Source of the DNA: Chromatiales bacterium | GTDB lineage: Bacteria > Pseudomonadota > Gammaproteobacteria > SZUA-152 | Direction of reading: 5' to 3' | Assembly (NCBI GenBank): GCA_026999335.1 | Contig: JALTPW010000949.1 | Coordinates: 1 to 44,631 of the forward strand | DNA length: 44,631 nt | In this document: in pieces, positions 7,110 to 13,535 of the stretch | Layout: the number at the start of each line of letters is the position of its first letter | Numbering within the stretch: position 1 is the stretch's first letter | The notes under the pieces: model-generated | The model's database searches: none | Told to the model about the DNA's origin: nothing | Seen by the model: only the letters and a program-made list of their open reading frames with translations | Made by a program: the position numbers and the translations under genes

Positions 7110-7687
7110 GCAGCATTTACCTCAATTATCTGCTCAATAATCGGACGCCATGTGCGCGACCACTCCAGTGCATCATCATCCATTGACGCGATGCGATCAT
7201 CATCGAAGCCCCGCCATTCTTCGATGCTGTGCTGTTCATAACCTATTGCCATTACATCCTTGGTTAAGACAATCGGCCAGGGGTCGGTCTGTATGGTCTT
7301 AATTTCTTTTCTATTGCCGATGACGTGGTGTAACTTAGCATCTCGTAGATCAGCATCGCGCAGACTGGCAAAGCCCAGATTAGCGTAGCGCAGATCGGCG
7401 CAGCTCAGATTGGCATCGCGCAGATCGGTGAAGCGCAGATCGGCAGAGTACAGTTCGACGTAGCTCAGATTGGCAGAGTACAGATCGACGTAGCGTAGAT
7501 CTGCATCGCGCAGATTGGCGTAGTTCAGATTGGCAGAGTGCAGATCGGCGTAGCGCAGATCGGTGAAGCGCAGATTGGCTCTTTCCGGTTTCGCGCCATA
7601 ATGGGCATGATGCGGTAACCCTCGCTCTGCCAGCCACGCTTGATGAGGTGTGTACCAGTCAAATTTATATAAGTGTGCCAATTTCAT
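7106..7687 (-). CDS. pentapeptide-repeat protein (193 aa)
   Basis: 17 uninterrupted A(D/N)LxX-type pentads from ANLRF to AKLHH, then a 60-aa non-repeat C-terminal domain. Confidence 0.85.
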   Translation of the reverse strand: MKLAHLYKFDWYTPHQAWLAERGLPHHAHYGAKPERANLRFTDLRYADLHSANLNYANLRDADLRYVDLYSANLSYVELYSADLRFTDLRDANLSCADLRYANLGFASLRDADLRDAKLHHVIGNRKEIKTIQTDPWPIVLTKDVMAIGYEQHSIEEWRGFDDDRIASMDDDALEWSRTWRPIIEQIIEVNAA

Positions 7688-7887
7688 TATTTATCACCTG
7701 TGTCTTCTAATCCGTGCCAGTAGAGAACGTCATAATCCTCATCCCACATCTCACTTAAAGCGTCTTTTACTAGGGCACCCTTTTGCTCATCGCTCTGTAG
7801 CTTCTGGTGTTTCGCTCGATGATGATCCATCTGGGCGCGATGGGTGGCGAAAATCTTTCCGCACGTCCTGCATTTAACGCCAGTCAT
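7687..7887 (-). CDS. small protein with a C2H2-type zinc-finger signature (66 aa)
   Basis: CRTCGKIFATHRAQMDHHRAKH fits C-x2-C-x12/13-H-x3/4-H; acidic C-terminus. Confidence 0.6.
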   Translation of the reverse strand: MTGVKCRTCGKIFATHRAQMDHHRAKHQKLQSDEQKGALVKDALSEMWDEDYDVLYWHGLEDTGDK

Positions 7888-8027
7888 AATTAAAACTTTC
7901 TTTTAGCCTTTTCGTTAATTAAGTAGAGGCGGCCTGTTGACTTGCATACCTGTACACGGACCCTAAGGCATGAGCATACCCGTCGTCTATCTGCTGCTTA
8001 AAGCCAGGCCAACAGACCACCATAAAC

Positions 8028-8104
8028 TGGTGCGGGTAGCAGGATTCGAACCTGCGACCACTCGCTCCCAAAGCGAGTGCTCTACCAGACTGAGCTATAC
8101 CCAC
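8028..8104 (-). tRNA. tRNA-Pro (anticodon UGG), CCA encoded
   Basis: hand-folded 77-nt cloverleaf: acceptor GTGGGTA/TACCCGC, anticodon stem CTCGC/GCGAG with loop TTTGGGA, T-loop GGTTCGAATCC, 3' ACCA. Confidence 0.85.
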
Positions 8105-8225
8105 GTGGTGCAGCTCCTGTGCCGGGCGGAGTGGTCATTCACATTTCGGCACAGACTTTAGGCGGCTGCTCACCTTTACGGGCAGGGCCGGGCGCTAATC
8201 CGGCTAACGGTTTGCCAACAGGCCC

Positions 8226-8306
8226 ACTTTCCTCCACCGTAAGGACTTCCGCACGTCTTGTCGCGGCCGCTGCGTTGCTTACGCGTTAGCTGTCCATAAA
8301 CTTAAT
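8226..8306 (-). repeat. 81-nt intergenic repeat element R1
   Basis: shares three blocks (25, 11 and 17 nt) with R2; on the minus strand it begins at the stop codon of the gene 8302..8493. Confidence 0.7.
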
Positions 8307-8493
8307 CTTCGTGGCGTATGGCTCCCCATCGACAATTTCTTACCCATGCGCTACGTCCTCCAAAATTCGGGTGATAAAATTCTTTTTTTATATCTTCGAC
8401 GGTTACATTCTTGCTACAGTTCCCCTCATATTGTTTGTGTGCGTGTCCAAGTACAATTTTTTCGACATTTATTTTCTTTTCCATTTTTTTCAC
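8302..8493 (-). CDS. hypothetical protein (63 aa), AT-rich insert between R2 and R1
   Basis: ORF track (GTG start; ATG 9 nt downstream); markedly AT-rich compared with flanks. Confidence 0.45.
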   Translation of the reverse strand: MKKMEKKINVEKIVLGHAHKQYEGNCSKNVTVEDIKKEFYHPNFGGRSAWVRNCRWGAIRHED

Positions 8494-8513
8494 CCTAATT
8501 CAATGCCCCCTAC

Positions 8514-8594
8514 ACTTTCCTCCACCGTAAGGGCTTCCACTATATTGTGGCCGCTGCGTGTCTGCTTTCCACGCCGCCTGTCCATAAACTTAAT
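8514..8594 (-). repeat. 81-nt intergenic repeat element R2
   Basis: same length and block structure as R1; begins at the stop codon of the gene 8590..8814. Confidence 0.7.
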
Positions 8595-8814
8595 TGGGCA
8601 ATTCTTCGCGGTGTCGCCAGAGGAATTCAATGGCTTTACCTGCCGAATTGTACTCGTCCAGGTTCCAGTATTGCAGCAGGACGCTATCCCCATCTACGCC
8701 GATAGCCACAAGCCCCATAAATAGCCTCGTTAGTTGTTCGCCGAACAAAAGTTCGTCGAGGTTGTCGGCTTGAGTTGTAGCCATTACGAGTCGTTCGAGT
8801 TCTTTTTTGGTCAT
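8590..8814 (-). CDS. hypothetical protein (74 aa)
   Basis: ORF track; GAGGGAG upstream of ATG. Confidence 0.6.
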   Translation of the reverse strand: MTKKELERLVMATTQADNLDELLFGEQLTRLFMGLVAIGVDGDSVLLQYWNLDEYNSAGKAIEFLWRHREELPN

Positions 8815-8827
8815 ATTACTCCCTCCA

Positions 8828-9421
8828 TTATTTACGCATCGGCATCACGCCGCCGCGGCCGCCTTGGAATCGGAATACATACAATGACCTGGGATCGTTT
8901 TTGTCAGACTGCACAATCTTTGCGCCCAGGTCGTTGAGGATGGCGACGTATTTGTAATTCATATATCCGCCGAGGACGGGGACGCTGCCATAATTTACAT
9001 ATTCCCATCCATTACCCTGACAATCCAAACAATCTACATCGTCGCCACCTTTAACAACGCCATCACCGCAGCAGGTATTACAGTCGTGCAGATGGCCGAG
9101 ATCACATTCAACTTCTCCAGCACCTTTGCAATCTGGGCATCGTCCCATACGCCCTGAGCCGCCGCATTCCTTGCAGTACTCTTTCTCTGGCTCTTCAACA
9201 TCGTCAAGAGTTGTATAGCCTTTGTACGTTGCGTTTATAACATCAACAATTTTGTGAATTTTATCGTAGTCGGGGCCGATGCCGAGATCGCCGTTCCAAT
9301 CCTTCGTCATAATGATAATCGCGCCATCCGACGCGCAAAAGTATCCGTCACACTCGAACGGCTTTTTGAGATAATCCCGCAACTCGCTTTCAGGGGCGCA
9401 GTATTTTGTCAAATCGATCAT
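8828..9421 (-). CDS. protein with DnaJ-type cysteine-rich zinc-finger region (197 aa)
   Basis: CKECGGSG, CPDCKGAG, CNTCCGDG, CLDCQGNG (CxxCxGxG repeats); start set to ATG at 9421 with GGAGGG upstream. Confidence 0.7.
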   Translation of the reverse strand: MIDLTKYCAPESELRDYLKKPFECDGYFCASDGAIIIMTKDWNGDLGIGPDYDKIHKIVDVINATYKGYTTLDDVEEPEKEYCKECGGSGRMGRCPDCKGAGEVECDLGHLHDCNTCCGDGVVKGGDDVDCLDCQGNGWEYVNYGSVPVLGGYMNYKYVAILNDLGAKIVQSDKNDPRSLYVFRFQGGRGGVMPMRK

Positions 9422-9422
9422 T

Positions 9423-9572
9423 TCACCCTCCAAACAAATTGACTTTCAGCCATGCCAGCCCGACTCCGATACCCGTTCCGGCAAGCCAGATTGCGATCCC
9501 GATCAACATCAGGGCAACCAGCAAACCGAAAGCAGGCAAGTCGTCGTCCATACCAAATGGCCTGTGGCTCAT
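9423..9572 (-). CDS. small single-pass membrane protein (49 aa, below ORF-track cutoff)
   Basis: ATGA overlap with exonuclease stop; MSHRPFGMDDDLPAFGLLVALMLIGIAIWLAGTGIGVGLAWLKVNLFGG; ends 1 nt before next ATG. Confidence 0.55.
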   Translation of the reverse strand: MSHRPFGMDDDLPAFGLLVALMLIGIAIWLAGTGIGVGLAWLKVNLFGG

Positions 9573-10192
9573 GCCGCATCCATAATTTTGATTTGCCTGA
9601 ACACCTCATCACGATCCCGAATCACTGCGGCGAGCTGGATTTTTAGTCCGCGAACGAAATCGGGGTCAGGAAACTGGCGGATCACGAGCATCGGAAGGTG
9701 TGGATGATAGAATAACGAATCACACCATTCACGCTCGCAAATGAATATCTGCCCCTGGGTCTGAGCAATATATTTAGGCAGCGTCTTCTGGTGCTTGGCA
9801 AAGTAAAGCAGCGCCTTGACATGTGCCTTTGTCTCCAGACATTTGATCTCAACCAACCCATCTGCGCCAACAAGACCGTCCGGCGAACAGCCATAACGCT
9901 GGAGATCGTCAGTGACAAATCCGACGGGCTCGACCTCATGATATGCCAGCTCATAAGCCATTATGGCTTCCGCTTCCATCTCAACGCCTCGCTGCGTCGA
10001 GGCGTTTCCGCCGAATGACGATAGTGGCCGCCCGGCGTACTTCTCCGCCGCCAGAAGTTCGGCGTAGTCCTTCATGGACTTCGACGGCTCGCCCGTACTT
10101 GTGACGAGCTTAGAGAACTCGCTTGCGGTTGGCATCCCTGCCCGGAGCGCAAACCACTCATCCGACCGCTGCTCAACGTCGTGGACGATCAC
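9569..10192 (-). CDS. YqaJ-type viral recombinase exonuclease
   Basis: QRSDEWFALRAGMPTASEFSKL and GCSPDGL...GLVEIKC motifs; directly downstream of the RecT gene. Confidence 0.85.
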   Translation of the reverse strand: MIVHDVEQRSDEWFALRAGMPTASEFSKLVTSTGEPSKSMKDYAELLAAEKYAGRPLSSFGGNASTQRGVEMEAEAIMAYELAYHEVEPVGFVTDDLQRYGCSPDGLVGADGLVEIKCLETKAHVKALLYFAKHQKTLPKYIAQTQGQIFICEREWCDSLFYHPHLPMLVIRQFPDPDFVRGLKIQLAAVIRDRDEVFRQIKIMDAA

Positions 10193-11034
10193 TTTTTCGC
10201 CTTCCGCTTGATCGTGGCGTCAATCATCCTTAACACATCGGGCAAGGCGGGCTTTGCGATCTGTTCGATAGAGCTTGCCCCCAATGACTTTTTCAGCCAC
10301 GCGAGGAACTTCGCAAGATCAATATCGTTATCCGTGATCTTTGCGTGAATGGCGAGCGCCTCATCCTCTGTGATGCGCTGTGTATCCGCAATAACCTCGC
10401 TTTGTCCAGTAACATCGATGATCTTGCCTTCCATTTCTTCGGCTGTGGGTGCTGCGCCAACTTCAGGCCATGCTTTCCGTAATGCCTGCGCTTCGGCACA
10501 CTTAGCAAGCTGGCCTCTTGGGCGTTTTCTCCACATACGATTCGGCGCATCGGACTTACTGCTATCAGAAGCGTAATTCTCAAGCCAGTATTCTTGCGCT
10601 GTAAATTCTACAATCCGTCCATCGACCATTTTAGAAGCGACAATCCTGCACCACTCTGGATACACAACGTTGACGCGGTTGCCGTTTTTATCCGTAAAAG
10701 CTCCTGTTTTATCCGGCCCAAACTCTGGGGCGCTGATCCCCGCATATGTCCCAGATCGATCCGCCTGAATGCGGTAAAGACCGATTCCCGGCATAATCAC
10801 ATCTCGCCACTCGCTGCGGCCTGTTTGCGTATTTTTTACGCTCATGGGGACAATATGGACAGGCTTTTGCATAGGATCGAGCTTTGCCGCAGTGCAATAC
10901 TGCATCACCATGCGCACGGAGTCAGCGGCAGCGCCGGGGTATAAACTTGATTGCAAGACGCTGATTATTTCATCATCAGACATCGCGGGTGACTTATCAC
11001 TCTTCTTTTTTTCAGTCAATTCGCTCATTACCAA
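10189..11034 (-). CDS. recT: RecT-family single-strand annealing protein
   Basis: 281 aa; RecT-like core (GIGLYRIQADRSGTYAGI, QLAKCAEAQALRKAWPE); paired with YqaJ exonuclease through an ATGA-type overlap. Confidence 0.8.
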   Translation of the reverse strand: MVMSELTEKKKSDKSPAMSDDEIISVLQSSLYPGAAADSVRMVMQYCTAAKLDPMQKPVHIVPMSVKNTQTGRSEWRDVIMPGIGLYRIQADRSGTYAGISAPEFGPDKTGAFTDKNGNRVNVVYPEWCRIVASKMVDGRIVEFTAQEYWLENYASDSSKSDAPNRMWRKRPRGQLAKCAEAQALRKAWPEVGAAPTAEEMEGKIIDVTGQSEVIADTQRITEDEALAIHAKITDNDIDLAKFLAWLKKSLGASSIEQIAKPALPDVLRMIDATIKRKAKK

Positions 11035-11257
11035 CCCCTAATATCGTGACTTTTGTCCCAGGCGAAAACCTGTCGTCGTTTTCAACTGGCGCGACGTGTA
11101 AAATTATCTTCGTGTATTTCTTCATTCTGTCAGCCCGGTAGATTGTCGCCGGGACACCAGACTTTTCCTTGTGCCATTTTGCCCGACAACTTGCAGAGCA
11201 AAACCGCTGACTGCTTCTTGTGCGTTCGCACACCGCTCCGCAGTATTCGCATTTCAT
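11012..11257 (-). CDS. zinc-ribbon small protein (81 aa)
   Basis: MKCEYCG ... CSASC; start trimmed from 11272. Confidence 0.5.
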   Translation of the reverse strand: MKCEYCGAVCERTRSSQRFCSASCRAKWHKEKSGVPATIYRADRMKKYTKIILHVAPVENDDRFSPGTKVTILGVGNERID

Positions 11258-11547
11258 TCGGCGGCATCCCATGCCAGATCCCAGACGTATGTTTTGACCT
11301 GTTCACGGAGGGTTAGTCCGGCGGTGAAGGGATCGGCGTTGACCATCGCCATAAGCTTGTCATCATCCATCTCCGTGATCGCCTCGCTGATCGTAGCCGG
11401 ATCGGTGATTAGGTCTTGGTAGATTGATTCGGCCCGCGCTTGTCTGGCGGCGTCAAGATAGTCTTCATGGTCAAGCATCGCATCAGCATGACGGATGGGG
11501 TCGGCGATATCCGGGCAACAGATATAAGCGGCGTCTTTGAATTTCAT
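11254..11547 (-). CDS. hypothetical acidic protein (97 aa)
   Basis: ORF track; ATGA-type overlap with the next gene. Confidence 0.6.
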   Translation of the reverse strand: MKFKDAAYICCPDIADPIRHADAMLDHEDYLDAARQARAESIYQDLITDPATISEAITEMDDDKLMAMVNADPFTAGLTLREQVKTYVWDLAWDAAE

Positions 11548-11622
11548 CTCAAAACCTCAGATCAACGGTAAGAAGAACAACAAGAGAGGCGATCCAGATA
11601 GCATCGGCCAGATTGATCATGG

Positions 11623-12264
11623 TCAAAACTTATAATTAAAGCTGATCGCATAATCCAGCGAACTAAAATTCCTGTCGATGCCCTGCTCCCACCATCCAAC
11701 ACCAGCATCTAACCAGACCTGGCGATCAACACGCAGGTATTCAGATATACGCATCGACCGATAACCAAGAGAAAAGCCAACGCTGAGCCGCCCGGTGATA
11801 GGCTTGTCGATCTCAATCCCAATCGACGCGGCGATAGTGTCATCGACTTCGATCAAATATGAATCGAAGTTAAACGGTGTCCCTTCCATCGAAAAGCCAT
11901 AGCGGGAATTGAAGTAGTAATAGAGACCTTCGTTCCAGTCATGCCGCCCTGATGGATTGGTCGAGACGAAGTAATAACCCGCCTGCGCGAACAGGCGGAC
12001 GTGGGGGGTGAGTTCGTGCGTGATGCCGACGCCAAGCCCGGTCATCTTCAAATCGTAAGCGCCCCAGATCGGGACGATCCGAGTTTGTTCCTGCGAGATA
12101 AACAAATAGCTATCGTCTTTGTGGTAACTGATCTGAACCCCATACCAGGCCGTAGTCTGATAAGCATCATCGTCTGTTAGGCGAGAATGTGAGATCAAAT
12201 CTACCGACACTTCGGCCTGAGCTACAGAAGTCAGAAGAAGTAAAACAAGTGTCATCCATTTCAT
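11623..12264 (-). CDS. outer-membrane beta-barrel protein with signal peptide
   Basis: MKWMTLVLLLLTSVAQA signal peptide; alternating aromatic/hydrophobic strands; C-terminal ...SFNYKF with terminal Phe. Confidence 0.7.
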   Translation of the reverse strand: MKWMTLVLLLLTSVAQAEVSVDLISHSRLTDDDAYQTTAWYGVQISYHKDDSYLFISQEQTRIVPIWGAYDLKMTGLGVGITHELTPHVRLFAQAGYYFVSTNPSGRHDWNEGLYYYFNSRYGFSMEGTPFNFDSYLIEVDDTIAASIGIEIDKPITGRLSVGFSLGYRSMRISEYLRVDRQVWLDAGVGWWEQGIDRNFSSLDYAISFNYKF

Positions 12265-12401
12265 GTTTCTTTCCTCGGGTTGTTGTCCGTCTCTCCAGCA
12301 TGGGTTTCGTGTTCGTCGCGATCATCGCTGCCGATGATGAAAAGCCAGATCACAGCCAGCGCGACAAACCAGAATACAATAGCCACCAGCGCGAGATTCA
12401 C
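12261..12401 (-). CDS. small membrane protein (46 aa, below ORF-track cutoff)
   Basis: GTGA overlap with upstream stop and ATGA overlap with the OMP start; NLALVAIVFWFVALAVIWLFIIG TM segment. Confidence 0.5.
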   Translation of the reverse strand: MNLALVAIVFWFVALAVIWLFIIGSDDRDEHETHAGETDNNPRKET

Positions 12402-12574
12402 AGAGCCTGCCTCTTGAGCAATTCCGGCAAGTCTTCCCTGCGCCGATTCAGTGTGGCCATCGGCCCCTTGCGCCGGGGGATATAGATGAGGTTTGTCCGG
12501 TCGATAGCCCGGCGAGTGATGCGGGCAAAAATGAACAGTGCGTAGAGAAGAACAAAAGCGGCGATGTATTCCAT
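12398..12574 (-). CDS. small membrane-anchored protein (58 aa)
   Basis: ORF 12398..12670 trimmed to MEYIAAFVLLYALFIFA start with AAGGAGA upstream. Confidence 0.55.
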   Translation of the reverse strand: MEYIAAFVLLYALFIFARITRRAIDRTNLIYIPRRKGPMATLNRRREDLPELLKRQAL

Positions 12575-12584
12575 GACGATCTCC

Positions 12585-12770
12585 TTATTGCGGGAAGACG
12601 CACTCACCATCGACCACCCAGCGGCAAGGTTGGCCGCGACGGGGCCTGCGGTCATAAATGACCACCTCATCCTTTTTGGCCTGAGCTAGACGCATGGCCT
12701 TACGCATCGCCTCGGGGCGAGATCGGGCCAGGTCCAACAAGTCGTGGTTGTGCGCGATTAGGTATTTCAT
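12585..12770 (-). CDS. hypothetical protein, first gene of the leftward operon (61 aa)
   Basis: ORF track; adjacent to the divergent control region; no HTH recognisable. Confidence 0.55.
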   Translation of the reverse strand: MKYLIAHNHDLLDLARSRPEAMRKAMRLAQAKKDEVVIYDRRPRRGQPCRWVVDGECVFPQ

Positions 12771-12927
12771 GTTTCAAGCCTAGCACACTTGCGTAATAAC
12801 GCAACAGTTAAACTAATAAATTTATAAATTGTTGTTTTTTGAAACAAAAATAGTAAAAACCGAGGCGATTTTTGCCCGGAATCGGCGTCTATGGTGCACA
12901 AAATATCAGATGTGCTAATATCACGAG
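12771..12927. promoter_or_regulatory. divergent early control region with several palindromes
   Basis: AT-rich 157-bp gap between divergent operons; TTGCGT-aata-ACGCAA (12789-12804), AATTTATAAATT (12819-12830), TAGCACA (12781-87) / TGTGCTA (12911-17). Confidence 0.6.
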
Positions 12928-13185
12928 ATGGACCTCAAAGCATACCTGACAACAACGACACAATCTGAGCTGGTCGAGAAGATCAACAAAGCCGCCGATC
13001 AATATGGCTGGCGCTCGGTCACTCAGTCCGCAATCTCGCAATGGCTGTCAGGCCGCGTCCCTGTCGAGAGGGCGATCCAGCTCGAATATGTTACCGATGG
13101 GATGATCACCCGCGAGGAGTGCCGCCCTGACATCTTTTCTCGGCGGGTTTTGTCTAACCCGCCCCAAGATACTCAGATAGGATAA
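12928..13185 (+). CDS. Cro/YdaS-like HTH transcriptional regulator
   Basis: 85 aa; VTQSAISQWLSGRVPVERAIQLEYVTDGMITREECRPDIF matches the YdaS/Cro-type pattern from memory; first rightward gene. Confidence 0.6.
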   Translation: MDLKAYLTTTTQSELVEKINKAADQYGWRSVTQSAISQWLSGRVPVERAIQLEYVTDGMITREECRPDIFSRRVLSNPPQDTQIG

Positions 13186-13246
13186 AAGACGCCAAAAAAG
13201 CGTACCACGCGTAACCGCAAGACATATGTGACCTGGAGGAAAAGAA

Positions 13247-13480
13247 ATGGCAATCATGGACTACAAGCAAATCATTGAACGAGTACGGGCGGCCTCACCT
13301 GAGTCGCCGATAGCGGTATTCCGGACGCCAGATCGCAAGCTCGAAGCCGTCTTCGGTTCAACTATTGAGACACAAAAGCGTATCGAGAGAGCACGGCGCA
13401 GGGAGTTCGTCGGCCTGTTCCATAACCAGATGCCGGGCGAGAAGGTCGCCGACACGCTCATGCGGGCCTCGTGGTATTGA
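13247..13480 (+). CDS. hypothetical protein (77 aa)
   Basis: ORF track; GGAGGA upstream of ATG. Confidence 0.6.
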   Translation: MAIMDYKQIIERVRAASPESPIAVFRTPDRKLEAVFGSTIETQKRIERARRREFVGLFHNQMPGEKVADTLMRASWY

Positions 13481-13503
13481 TTTGTTTGTGACTGGGCATT
13501 ATT

Positions 13504-13521
13504 GTGGACAAAATTGTCCAC
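13504..13521. promoter_or_regulatory. palindrome built from the iteron motif
   Basis: GTGGACAA-aa-TTGTCCAC, 15 nt upstream of the replication gene ATG. Confidence 0.5.
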
Positions 13522-13535
13522 CGTGGAATAAACGC

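Larger units (their letters stand above)
2049..7439. repeat. long direct repeat, copy 1 (partner 39241-44631)
   Basis: 33 substitutions and no indels in 2049-2388 versus 39241-39580 (hand alignment); thereafter all six-frame ORF translations are identical at +37,192. Confidence 0.95.

Noticed and set aside
7340-7640. Regular 15/30-nt DNA periodicity (gcgcagatcggc-like units) that superficially resembles a repeat array, and the alternative-frame ORF 7380..7637
   Set aside because: The periodicity is fully explained by the pentapeptide-repeat coding sequence. There are no unique spacers of constant length, so this is not a CRISPR array. The alternative frame is a by-product of the repeat.
7919-8289. 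ORFs 7919..8104 (-), 7970..8161 (+) and 8077..8289 (+)
   Set aside because: They overlap the tRNA-Pro gene, its structured leader and repeat R1. They have no coding-like composition or translation signals.
9418-9612. 64-aa ORF from the track (MMRCSGKSKLWMRHEP...)
   Set aside because: It is Arg/Cys-rich with implausible composition and overlaps the exonuclease 3' end. A different frame gives a 49-aa TM protein with perfect ATGA coupling, which I prefer.
13200-13212. 13-nt match GCGTACCACGCGT at 13200-13212 and 39206-39218, considered as a possible att-like core or recombination site
   Set aside because: A 13-mer shared by chance is expected several times in a 44.6-kb window compared against itself. 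Neither copy sits at a module boundary that would fit integration, and there is no integrase.
13365-13535. N-terminal 57-codon extension of the replication gene ORF (start 13365)
   Set aside because: The extension overlaps the 13247..13480 gene in another frame and is Arg/Cys/Ser-rich. The ATG at 13536 follows the iteron palindrome and begins the conserved-looking sequence.
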